Shown: positions 37,741-50,526 of the stretch, piece by piece
How positions within the stretch are numbered: the stretch's first letter is position 1
Layout: each line of letters starts with the position of its first letter
From: Amphiscolops sp. MND2022
Lineage: Eukaryota
Length of the DNA stretch: 64,000 nt
Assembly (NCBI GenBank): GCA_964187785.1
Contig: OZ076411.1
Location: 56,916,001 to 56,980,000, forward strand
Reading direction: 5' to 3'
Notes under the pieces: model-generated
Told to the model about the DNA's origin: nothing
Databases searched by the model: none
The model's input: the letters and a program-made list of their open reading frames with translations, nothing else
Translations under genes and position numbers: made by a program

Positions 37741-38714
37741 TGTCGGAACGTGCACAGGTCTTGTCTGACGCTGTACACTGATTGTTCCCTTCTCCACTAT
37801 TGGAGGATAACTTTTCAGTTAATGCCAAAACTAATCCAGTAAGATCGCTAATCCGTTTATTCATTTCTGAGAAGCATTGATCGATCGATCTTTGTTCTAA
37901 GTTGTAATTAGTACGGATAAGATTTCCATCGTTTAATTCGTCAATTTGGTCTCTAGAGAGGACCTCAGGGGCACTACATTCACTTTCAGTATTGCTACTT
38001 CTGTCGTGTTTATCCATTCCACTCATAAACAATGGGATAGAGCTTCTTCCTTGGGAACGAGTATTGACCATTGTAAAGAACAAACGGAGTTTAAATATTT
38101 TATTGAGTGTTGATAGTAGTAGGTTGGAAATGTTGAATTTTGCAATATCAAGAACTGATGTGGTAAGCAACTGTACGTTATAACTACACAAAATCTACTG
38201 ATGGTACTATATTTGCTGGTGTCAATTATGGCGACGTTGGTCACGTGACCACATCAACCAATCATATCATTGCGCACTTTCGCACCTTCGCTGGTAATTG
38301 CGCAATTACATCATAGCACGGGAATAAACTGCAATTGCGTTGTCATAGTTACATGACTCAATACTGGTGTTATGATGTGGTTACATTAATAGCATCATAT
38401 GAGTGACCGATTAATCTATATATTGACCACGAGACTAATAGTGTTGAAATGCAATCTAATGATGGTATGTCATCCACATTACTTTACTATCAACTAAAAA
38501 TGATGCGAATTTAGTTTACAAAAAAAAGTGTATCAACTGTACGAAAATGGGTGAATGAGGCAAGGTTATTTATGGAAGTTCGAGTTTTGTGATGTGGTTT
38601 AGTTCACCACATTTTCACTTTCCATTTGCTGTTTGCTGGTTTCTTCTTCATCTTTTAATATGTAGGGTGATTTCCTACATTATTGTTTGTATTTTTCATG
38701 CGTCAGGCATGACA
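37741..38714 (-). repeat. 5' LTR of element A (974 bp)
   Basis: TGTCATGCC...GTTCCGACA on minus. Followed by PBS; flanked by CCGTC. Confidence 0.95.
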
Positions 38715-39345
38715 CCGTCAACCTTCGAAGATACTTGTTCATAGAGAGTTATTGATGTAAACATTCTTACAGGCAATTAACACCTCTCTAGCTAATAATT
38801 AAACAATTCAAGAGATTTTCAAGGACCTATCAAAAAGTGCGGCGGCTCATCATCAAGTTGAGGAGAGGAATGTTACAAAAACGGAAGGTTCAGGAAAAGT
38901 TTAGAGCAAATTCGAAATTCTCCGCAGGAAATTCCCGCAGATTTGGGAAAGACATTATATTTTACTGACAACAAAAATTTATTCTGCTGAATCTCAAGAC
39001 CAAAAACAGTCGCTCATAAAGCAGTGATAAAAATTGTGAAGAAAATTTTTTTACAAAGAACTCACAACATGACATCACTTGAATCACTGTTGGAGATCTT
39101 TTCCCTCTTTGGTAAGCATCAACAACTGGTCATTAGACGAGGAGATGGAGGTAGAGTCCCCACGTTCCGTACAAGAATTTGAAGCCCAGGTAGACAGCGA
39201 CACTCAAGACAAACTACCCTTTCCTAAAGAAGAACACGCGTCGATTGCAGGAGAAAGTTGAGACCCACTGAGTGATCTGGTTGACTGGCTACCAGATAAT
39301 CACCCCAAGTCATAGTTTGCAACAAATTCAGCAACAGTCTAAAGC

Positions 39346-40573
39346 CAGGGATGGAAACAGCCAAGCTGTATACAGCGCTGTATGCAGCCGTAGGCTGTTT
39401 GCTGTACGCACAACAAGTGGCTGTATATACAGTCACTGGCCGCGTGGGCGCGTAACAACGGATGAGATAAACTCATTCAATCATTTCTTGTTCATTTCCT
39501 TTCTGTTTCAAGTTGAGCAATGTAATGTCGCAGTTCTTGCAGTACGATAAAGCTGTTGAAGGTGATTCTGGTCACAAAACTTGCAAAAAATGCTCGATTA
39601 AAATTCGATTTACCAGACGAAACACTGGACACATTTGTGCGAATGTGGACACATTTGTTCAAGCGGGGCATATCGAGCGATACAGCCCTACCCGTTGGAA
39701 CGCACGATTTGAAGAAATAAAATCATGCGTTCAGTAGGACTTAGGATCACCCTCTGAAAAAATTCTTTTTGCTCAATCAGTCAATATCCTCGAAACAATT
39801 TCGGCACAACTTATGGTACTGCAGTCAGATCAGGCCAATATCAGAGATGTACTGAACGTGTTTTCCCGAGTACATGAAAATTGGACAGAGAATGTTTCGA
39901 TACAAGATAATGAGAAACGAAAGAATGTTTCACGAAGGGATGGGAGATGTTCGCAAATAGTCGCGTGGGATCCCTAGGAATTTTCATCTCCACATTCCTC
40001 GGGTTATCAGATGAAACGAGGTAATATCTGACTAGGGCGTACAGATCCGAAAACACAGGCTGTTTGAACTGGGTTCAACCCATGCTACCACCCGGACGAT
40101 TTGAACAGTTTGAGGCGGAGCATCGCATTATTTTGGATAACGAAGTGCTCTGGCTGGCTATTTTGGTCAGTGATTTTGCAGTACATCAAACAATGGCCAG
40201 CGGTCTCCTGAAACTGACCATATCCGAGCCATGTGTAGAGAGAGCTTTCTCTCGTCATAAGTTGGTCCAGAGTCGGCTTCGTGTAAATATCAGTGCCGAA
40301 TGATTGAACGGTACCCTGAACGATACAAATTTGAAACTATCCTAAAAAGTTCGCAATCGGAGCAGGAAGAAACTGAAAACTGGCGTGAGGTAAACACTGA
40401 TAAAGATTACTAGTTTTTAAAATCATTATCATGCTGTTTCATGGTTACATTCACTCTTTACACCTACATAATTTTTATCTCTGAACGCTGCATACAACGC
40501 TGTTTACAGCTATAATTCGGCTGTATTCTGTGTACAGCAAAACCGGCTGTATACAGCAAATCTCCCATCCCTG
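39346..40573 (+). mobile_element. Internally deleted hAT transposon
   Basis: TIR CAGGGATGG / CCATCCCTG. GCTGTATACAGC palindromic subterminal repeats. Remnants TCKKCSIKI (BED), SPTRWNARF, VERAFSRHKLV (hATC). TSD only partly matches (TCTAAAGC / TCTATGTA). Confidence 0.85.
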
Positions 40574-42039
40574 TCTATGTAGCAAGGTAAGGAGTATTGG
40601 AGTCACCACGGTGGCCACCCACACCAGACAGAGGTCATATGTCAACGAGCAAAGGAACCCGTGGGCAGACGATCAGAATGCTTACTAGCCACATAATAAA
40701 CAAATTACTGGAGTGGCGGTCAGCACTTGTGGGTGTTACAGCCAGCCTAATCAAGTAGTCCATGAAGATTGGATGGTATGGCAAATCACTCGAGCACTTT
40801 TGAGAGGAAATTACGCTTATGCATCGGCTTGGCGAGACCTAGAAGCAAAAGTTAAGGAGAAGAAACGCGTTCCCGGCTGAGATGCATGTTGGGATTTTCG
40901 TCCTCGTACCCCAGGGAGTGTCGCAGGCTGCCGCTTGTGACGGCAACAGGTAACATGTAACCCCATGCGACAACACTGATACCAAAATGCCCTCAGGAGT
41001 CCTACCGTTTTGAAGAGACCACTAGTCCAACCGGCTGGAGAAGCTATTTTAAATTATATGGCCTTTAATACCTTATTGGAACCTTGCAATTTGTTACGTT
41101 AATTACAATGTAAAGTAACTTAGTCATGTAATTGCGTTTTATATTAATGTGAAACAGTACACTCCGATTTTGATCAGCATGAACTTTACTGGTGCAAAAA
41201 TCTAAACTTTATTACAATCATAAAGTAAAAGCGTCCGAATTACTTCTTGCTCTAGCTAACTCGAAGTGCAGGTTTTTGAAAAGGTTGACCAATTGGAAAA
41301 AACTCCAGTTGTAGCCAAACGGATGATATGTACATTATGTCAATAGAACGCCTGGTGTGATATGCTAATCACTATAGGTAATGTAAACGAAACTGTGGTG
41401 TCAGTTCAACTCAAAATGCTTTTTCCCTTTCTACCATATCTTCCCTTTGAAGTATTTAGTCGATGCTATTTTCAACCCTACTTGAAGATGACAAAAGCGT
41501 GATGTCAGTTTTTGGTACAATTTTTATCCCAATTTTGACCTAATTTTGTTTGTTTGGCTGGTCACAATTGACCGATGGACACAATTCTGATACTCTGAGT
41601 TACAATCATACTGCTGTATTTCCTTCTGATACCGATTTCCTGCATCATACTTCCTTCAATTAGTTCATACTGTTGGACAAAGTACTGTTGCGCTACACTT
41701 ACACTATTTTAACAGCAAGAATTCTTCAAATACTTTCAACAGGAAAACCGAAAGCAGAAGAAACGTGTTCTAGATAATCGGACGTGATGTTCGATCCAGA
41801 AAACATGGATGTGATGTTAGGAAGTTACTCTAGACGTAGGACGGAATCAGTATGATAAAGAATTTGAAGTGGAGGTTTTAGATGGTTATTAAAGACAAAT
41901 AGCTGAAAAAGTATTGAAATTACTGCCGAAACTGCAAAAAGAATAATTGCGAAAAAACTAGCCAACTCACCAGGAAACTTGACGAGATTAAGGTAGACTT
42001 GAACTCGCAGCTACTAGAGGCTTTTAACTAGTATGGTAT

Positions 42040-42700
42040 GAGTATGGTATCAGAGTATGGTAAACCTTGAATCATAATTTTCTTTTGTCAAGTCTGAAAC
42101 TATAACTGGTCCAGTCTGGAATCATAAATGGCCCAGATTATGATCAAACTGAAATCATAAGTTTTTGTTGACGCGGTTTTGACGTGACCGACAATTTAAA
42201 TGAAAAATTTCAAAAATATTGAGAACCGCAGGCTTTATAGACTGAAGACACTAGAGCCACATTTGACCTTTTGTATCTGCGAACGGTACATTGCAGGTCA
42301 GAACTCCGTTAACTTCTTAGCGGAGTTAAAAACAAACTGTAGGCAATCACTTTGATCTCAGCCACGCCCTAGTTAATAACTTACTCTTTTGTTACAGCAG
42401 TACTCAAATTTCAGTGTGATTTTCGTTACTTTCGATAACAATTACTAATATTTTAGCAAAATTATGCTGATTGCAAATTCTTTTCAGTTTAGTTTAGCTT
42501 TTAGGTTTCGGAATTTTAGTAATTTCAATAGTGTTTGCGTTAATTGACTACGTTTTCCTATTTTTTATTTACGTTTCCAGACTGATCTTACTCTGGATCC
42601 TAAATGTTTATAGTTCCAGGCTGACCATATTCTGCATCATATATGGTCCAGACTATGGTCAGCTGGGAACCATAAACAACTGTGGTCCAGAGTAGTTATC
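42040..42700 (-). repeat. Diverged inverted copy of the 14636-15545 MITE family
   Basis: 42181-42420 is the reverse complement of ~15085-15300 (ACGGAGTTCTGACCTGCAATGTA..CGTTCGC.GATACAAAAGGTC). CCAGGGCTGACCATATTCTG repeats nearby. Ends not found. Confidence 0.7.
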
Positions 42701-43559
42701 AATTTTTTGGTCCCTTTTTCTTGATTCCGGAGACATCATGTCAATATTCCGCGAAAAGGCGTGCTGTACTATGAAATATCGTGTGAAAACAATATTCGAG
42801 ATTTTTTTCTACCATGCTGTATGATACGTTTATTTGCGGAACCTAACTGATACGAAATTGTACCATGGTCTATTTAGACTTAAAATAAACACGATGTTGT
42901 TGAGTCATGAAATGGACAAACAATGCGCAATTTTCAACTTTTTGAACAAGTACTTCAGCAGACTTATTTCGTTTTTCCTGATTCAAACATACCGAACACC
43001 CTTTATAAGCTCACCGACAAAAGTTTGTCTCAAGTTGAATAAACCCAATAGCTTCAAAACATTTGGGCAAACATTGGAAAACTGCGCAAAGAATTGGTGT
43101 ATTTTTGCGAACCAAAGAATGTTCAGACTACTGAATTATTGTGAATGCTCAAAATTATGGAACGTGTTTTGATGACTGCCATTAGTGGCACGATGTTTGA
43201 TCATAATAACAAAAATGTTTTTTTTTCTGTAGGGCGTTATTTTCGGTTCGAAACTAACAGTTGAAACTAATAGTTTATTTCTCAAGAATTTAGGACGAAA
43301 GTCCAATTTCAAAGTCATTGCAAGTATGAAGAAAATTTGCAATTATCGATCCTTAGATTGAATATAATTTTCAAGTGATCACTCATCGAAATGTAGATGT
43401 GATAATTCTTCTCTGGATTTTAATTTATGATTACCGTTTTATCTGGATTAAGTTTGTTTTGGAACATGAGTTACATAGGCTGTCTTATTCGTCTTATTTC
43501 TCAGCCCTCAGTGAAAAATCTTCACCTTCTCAATCTATATGCGAACATTGATCTTTGAA

Positions 43560-46500
43560 TTTCTCTAAACAAACGCAAGGAATTCGACTTTTTCTACAGC
43601 AAAACTACATTCTCTCTTGAGAAAGATGGCAAATGAGAGGAATGGACGGTCTAGACGGCTAGAGACACCTTCTCTACAGAGAGAAGTGAACGATGCCCAA
43701 GTAGAAACGCCTAATACAGGTAATGAGACTTTAACTAATTTTAATGTTAACGTTCAAGAAGGTTTATGCGATGGAAACTCTGAAAATCAACTAACTGAGC
43801 CCAGTCAGATTAGCAACGAAACGCTTAAAATTTAGACTCAGAAAATGAGGATAATCCTCTCAGACCCTCTGAAGTGATGGATTTAAGACATCCTGCAAAA
43901 ACTTTGAAGAGAAGCGATTTAGATCTCGACGCAACTATAGTTTCAAATGAGGACTCAGAGGGGGGAGGATTATCACATGATGACAGGAGCCAACCGACAA
44001 CTCCATAGACAAAGCTCACAAAATCGTCAGTCTCTTTTTGACACAACAGAATCCCACTCCGACCAAAATACGTCAATTTTGTCAAGAAAACCACTTGACC
44101 AAGTTATTCACTTTGCTCTAGCAATAGAAACATTGGCGAGAACAAACTTCCAACAATCACTGAATCACCCGAAAAACACGCTAACCTTCAATGGAAAGCA
44201 TGAGAAAAACCAGAAGTTCAAGTACCTTGAAGACTTATTCCACACAACTCTTCGAATGCAAACAAACCTAACAGAAGACAAGAAAACAAATCATTTTCAC
44301 CCACATTTCACCGGTTTGGCACTCAAAACAATCGAAAACATCCAAAGAACTCCGACTACAACCTTGGAAGTTATTTTAAATGTCTTTCGACGAAAATATG
44401 TAAAACCAAAGTCCTCTGCATCAGCAAAACACAGATTCAAAAGACTTTTCTTCGACCTAAGAACCAGACACCTTCTTATTTTGCAGAAAAAGCATTTGGT
44501 GATAATACACACCAAATGAAAGAGAATTTACTCATTGAGAATATGCCCCAACACCTGAAGAAAATCAATTAATGAGGCGTACTTAGAGAATGGAACGTAT
44601 GACCAAATTGTCAACCATCTTGAACGAGAGATAGAACTCAACGGTCTAGAAGCTAAAGCACCCCTCATCAAAACACAAAGGGCGGTTACTAAATCAGAAA
44701 TTACCGAAAAAACCAACGAGAAACCGAACAAAAAAAAAACAAAAACGCCAACACCAAAAACGGTGCCCAACCAAACCCTTGAAAAGGATCAATGCCGCTA
44801 TTGCAAAAAGAAGGTCAAATGATGACCGACTTCCCCAAAATAGCTAAACGGCGTAAACGTGAAGAAGAGCCAGATGCAGAAAAAGGCAGAATTGCAGCAC
44901 GCCTGGACATGTTGACAAAGATTGTTATTTCGGCGCTAACATGGAAAACCGCTCAATGGAGTGGAATCTAAAGCAAGCTCAGAAAAAGGTCATCGAAACC
45001 TACAAATACGCTAAAAAAAACAATAAAAATACAACTAGACAGACAACAACAATCATCCTGCAAAGATTTAAGCTAGAAACGCCACGCCTCTGATCACCAA
45101 ACATGCATATAGAAACGTCACAGCCACGGGATAACTACCAGCGTCAAGTGTTCGCAATAAACATTCAACTCAATCAACTGACTACACAACCAGACTCAAC
45201 ACCCCAAACACCTACAGACTCTGTAGACAACGAATCTCTACAAGAGTCATAGTTTGAACTCTTGCGAAATGCTCCTGATATTTACCTTTCACACACCATC
45301 CAAATTACCTCATCACATACAGACAGTACCCCAAAAAGTCACCACGCGAAAACTTTTTTCTTGCAATGACCCAAAACAACCACATACATTTTGACAAAGA
45401 ACGAAACCTGTCATACTTACCGATCTCAACTTCTGTAACATTGAAACGAAACGAAGTTTGGCACTCAAAACAATCGAAATCATCCAAAGAACTCTGACTA
45501 CAACCTTGGAAGTTATTTTAAAGGTCTTTGGACAAAAATATGTAAAACCAGGGTCGACTGCATCAGCAAAACACAGATTCAACAGACTTTTCTTTGACCT
45601 GAGGACCAGAAACCTTCTTATTTTCTGGAAGAATTTCAAGAAAGTGCAGAAAAAGCATTTGGTGATAATGCACACCAAATGATAGAGAATTTACTCATTG
45701 AGAAAATGCCCCAATACCTAAAAAAAATCAATTAATCAGGCCTACTTAGAGACTGGAACGTATGACCAAATTGTCAACCATCTTGAACGAGACATAGAAC
45801 TCAACTATCGAGAAGCTAAAGCACCCCTCATCAAAACACAGAGGGCAGTTACTAAAGCAGAAATTACCGAAAAAACCAACGAGAAACCGAACAAAAAAAC
45901 AAAAACGCCAACAGCAAAAACGGTGCCCAACCAAACCCTTGAAAAGGATCAATGGCGCTATTGCAAAAAGCAGGTCAAATGATGACCGACTTCCCCAAAA
46001 TAGCAAAACGGCGTAAACGTGAAGAAGAGCCAGACGCAGAAAAACGCAGAATTGTAGCACGCCTGGACATGATGACAAAGATTGTTATTTCGGCGCTAAC
46101 ATGGAAAACCGCCCAATGGAGTGGAATCTAAAGCAAGCTCAGAAAAAGGTCATCGAAACCTACAAAGAAGCTAAAAAAACAATAAAACTACAACTAGACA
46201 GACAACAACAACCATCCTGCAAAGATTTAAGCTAGAAACGCCACGCATCTGAACACCAAATATGCATATAGAAACATCACAGCCATAGGAGGACTGACAG
46301 CGTCAAGTGTTTGCAATAAACATTCAACTCGATCAACTGACTACACAACCAGACTCAACACCCCAAACACTCACAGACTCTGGCAACAACGAATCTTTAC
46401 AAGAGTCATAGTATGAACTCTTGCGAAATGCTCCTGATATTTACCTTTCACACACCATCCAAATTACCTCATCACATACAGACAGTACCCCAAAAAGTCA

Positions 46501-49500
46501 CCACGCGAAAACTTTTTTCTTGCAATGACCCAAAACAACCACATACATTTTGACAAAGAACAAAACCTGTCATACTTACCGATCTCAACTTCTGTAACAT
46601 TGAAACGGAAAGATGTTTGGCACTCAAAACAATCGAAAACATCCAAAGAACTCTGACTACAACCTTGGAAGTTATTTCAAATGTCTTTCGACGAACATAT
46701 GTAAAATCAGAGTCCACTGCATCAGCAAAACACAGCTTCAACAGACTTTTCTTTGACCTAAGAACCAGAAAATTTCTTGTTTTCTGGAATAATTTCAAGA
46801 AAGTGCAGAAAAGCATTTGGTAATAATGCACACCAAATGATAGAGAATTTACTCATTGAGAAAATGCCCCAATACCTGAAAAAAAATCAATTATTCTGGC
46901 GTACTTAGAGAATGGAACGTATGACCAAATTGTCAACCATCTTGAACGAGAGATAGAACTCAACTATCGAGAAGCTAAAGCACCCCTCATCAAAACACAG
47001 AGGGCAGTTACTAAAGCAGAAAATACCAAAAAAACCAACGAGAAACCAAACAAAAAATCTAAAACACCAACACTAAAAACGGTGCCCAACCAAACCCTTG
47101 AAAATGATCAATGCCGCTATTGCAAAGAAGCAGGTCAAATGATGACCGACTGCCCCCAAAATAGCTAAACGGCGTAAACGTGAAGAAAAGCCAGACACAG
47201 AAAAAGGCAGAATTGCAACATGCCTGGACTTGAAGAAGAAGATTGTTACTTCGGCGCTAACATGGAAAACCGCCCAATGGAGTGGAATCTAAACCAAGCT
47301 CAGAAAAGGTCATCGAAATCTACAATCTTCAAACAAGCTAAAAAAACCAATAAATCTACAACTAGACAGACAACAACAATCATCCTGCAATGATTTGAGC
47401 TAGAAACGCCAGGCCTCTGAACACCAAACATGCATATAGAAACATCACAGCCACGGGTTAACTGCCAGCGTCAAGTGTTCGCAATAAACATTCAACTCAA
47501 TCAACTGACTACACAACCAGACTCAACACCCCAAACACCTACAGACTCTGTAGACAACGAATCTCTACAAGAGTCATAGTATGAACTCTTGCGAAATGCT
47601 CCTGACATTTACATTTCACACACCATCCGAAGTACCTCATCACATACAGACAGTACCCCAAAAAGTCACCACGCGAAAACTTTTTTCTTGCAATGACCCA
47701 AAACAACCACATACATTTTGACAAAGAACGAAACCTGTCATACTTACCGATCTCAACTTCTGTAACATTGAAACGGAAAGAAGTTTGGCACTCAAAACAA
47801 TCGAAATCATCCAAAGAACTCTGACTACAGCCTTGGAATATATTTTAAATGTCTTTCGACGAAAATATGTAAAACCAGAGTCCACTGCATCAGCAAAACA
47901 CAGATTCATTAGACTTTTCTTTGACCTGAGAACCAGAAACCTTCTTATTTTCTGGAAGAATTTCAAGAAAGTGCAGAGAAAGCATTTGGTGATAATGCAC
48001 ACCAAATGATAGAGAATTTACTCATTGAGAAAATGCCCCAATACCTGAAAAAAATCAATTAATCAGGCGTACTTAGAGAATGGAACGTATGACTAAATTG
48101 TCAACTATCTTGAACGAGAGATAGAACTCAACTATCGAGAAGCTAAAGCACCCCTCATCAAAACACAGAGGGCAGTTACTAAAGCAGAAATTACCAAAAA
48201 ACCCAACGAGAAACCAAACAAAAAATCTAAACCACTAACACCAAAAACGGTTCCCAACCAAACCCTTGAAAATGATCAATGCCGCTATTGCAAAGAAGCA
48301 GGTCAAATGATGACCGACTGCCCCCAAAAAGCTAAACGGCGTAAACGTGAAGAAAAGCCAGACGCAGAAAAAGGCAGAATTGCAACATGCCTGGACTTGA
48401 AGAAGAAGATTGTTACTTCGGCGCTAACATGGAAAACCGCCTAATGGAGTGGAATCTAAACCAAGCTCAGAAAAGGTCATCGAAATCTACAATCTACAAA
48501 CAAGCTAAAAAAACCAATAAAACTACAACTAGACAGACAACAACAATCATCCTGCAATGATTTGAGCTAGAAACGCCACGCCTCTGAACACCAAACATGC
48601 ATATAGAAACATCACAGCCACGGGTTAACTGCCAGCGTCAAGTGTTCGCAATAAACATTCAACTCAATCAACTGACTACACAACCAGACTCAACACCCCA
48701 AACACCTACAGACTCTGTAGACAACGAATCTCTACAAGAGTCATAGTATGAACTCTTGCGAAATGCTCCTGATATTTACCTTTCACACACCATCCAAAGT
48801 ACCTCATCACATACAGACAGTACCCCAAAAAGTCAACACGCGAAAACTTTTTTCTTGCAATGACCCAAAACAACCACATACATTTTGACAAAGAACGAAA
48901 CCTGTCATACTTACCGATCTCAACTTCTGTAACATTGAAACGGAAAAAAGTTTGGCACTCAAAACAATCGAAATCATCCAAAGAACTCTGACTACAGCCT
49001 TGGAAGTTATTTTAAATGTCTTTCGACGAAAATATGTAAAACCAGAGTCCACTGCATCAGCAAAACACAGATTCAACAGACTTTTCTTTGACCTGAGAAC
49101 CAGAAACCTTCTTATTTTCTGGAAGAATTTCAAGAAAGTGCAGAGAAAGCATTTGGTGATAATGCACATCAAATGATAGAGAATTCACTCATTGAGAAAA
49201 TGCCCCAATACCTGAAAAAAATCAATTAATCAGGCGTACCTAGGGAATGGAACGTATGACCAAATTGTCAACCATCTTGAACGAGAGATAGAACTCAACT
49301 ATCGAGAAGCTAAAGCATCCCTCATCAAAAAACAGAGGGCAGTTACTAAAGCAGAAAATACCAAAAAAAACAACGAGAAACCAAACAAAAAATCTAAAAC
49401 ACCAACACCAAAAACGGTGCCCAACCAAACCCTTGAAAATGATCAATGCCGCTATTGCAAAGAAGCAGGTCAAATGATGACCGATTGCCCCAAAATAGCT

Positions 49501-50526
49501 AAACGGCGTAAACGTGAAGAAAAGCCAGACGCAGAAAAAGGCAGAATGGCAACATGCCTGGACTTGAAGAAGAAGATTGTTACTTCGGCGCTATTATGGA
49601 AAACCGCCCAATGGAGTGGAATCTAAAGCAAGCTCAGAAAAGGTCATCGAAATTCGAAATCTACAAACAAGCTAAAAAAACAATAAAACTACAACTATAC
49701 AGTCATCAACAATCATCCTGCAAGGATTTAAGCTAGAAACGCCACGCCTCTGAACACCAAACATGCATTTAGGAACATCACAGCCACGGGATAACTGCCA
49801 GCATCAAGTGTTCGCAATAAACATTCAACTCAATCAACTGACTACACAACCAGACTCAACACCCCAAACACCTACAAACTCTGTAGACAATCAATCTCTA
49901 CAAGGGTCATAGTATGAACTCTTGCGAGATGCTCCTGATAAAAACTTTTCAGACAACACCCAAATTACCTCATTACATACAGACAGTACCCCATAAATTC
50001 ACCACGGGAAAACCTTTTTCTTGCAATGACCCAAAACAACCACATTCATTTTGACAAAGAACGAAACCTGTCATATTTACCGATCTGCACTTCTCTAACA
50101 TTGAAACGGAAATGCCACTTGTACTATATACCAATGGACTTCGAAAGACTCACTCTTGACGGACTCATAGACACAGGAGCCCTGGCAAGTGCAATTTCTG
50201 AACAAGACCTCGACAGAAGCAAGTTGCTTGCCAATGAAGCAATAAAAGATACTGGCCCAGCGCCAAACTTCCAAATTATGGTGGTCAATGGTCAACTCGA
50301 AGCACCAATCGGCACAGTACCACTGGAACTTGAAGTAGGTGAATTCATTTTACGTGAGATTTTCATCATCATGAGAAACTTACCAAACGCCCTCATTGGT
50401 CCCTGCTTCCTCTGCAGGAACAATGCAATATTCAATGTCACTCAAGGCACATTAACGTTCCCATATCTTTAAATGGAACTAAAACCCGATACAAAAGTAG
50501 CGCTACGCCAACCAACACCACTGTTC
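43560..50526 (+). mobile_element. Degenerate Ty3/Gypsy (element C), 3'-truncated by the large duplication
   Basis: LTR-type ORF MANERNGRSRR (43626). PBS-like TGATGACAGGAG at 43978. Gag remnants (RRKYVKP.S.ASAKHRF, CRYCKEAGQMMTDC). Protease LIDTGALASAI ~50165. Left boundary approximate. Confidence 0.85.
44314..50112 (+). repeat. Tandem array of five ~1.14-1.17 kb units from the gag/pre-protease region
   Basis: GTTTGGCACTCAAAACAATCGAAA starts at 44314, 45456, 46615, 47783 and 48950. Units differ by many substitutions and indels. Confidence 0.95.

Larger units (their letters stand above)
36547..38071 (-). pseudogene. gag: gag, starting inside the 5' LTR; two CCHC zinc knuckles
   Basis: MVNTRSQ start at 38071. 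CRHCGIHGHKWAEC and CQICGKVRHSARDC knuckles. Frameshift ~37640; in-frame TAG at 37285-37287. Confidence 0.9.
23790..38714 (-). mobile_element. Full-length Ty3/Gypsy LTR retrotransposon (element A), ~14.9 kb
   Basis: Two LTRs with TGTC...GACA ends. 5-bp TSD CCGTC (23785-23789, 38715-38719). PBS, PPT, and gag, PR-RT-RH-INT order. Confidence 0.96.

Noticed and set aside
40574-41040. GC-richer segment possibly from a LINE/Penelope element
   Set aside because: No RT or endonuclease motif recognised in the three plus-strand frames; minus strand not translated.
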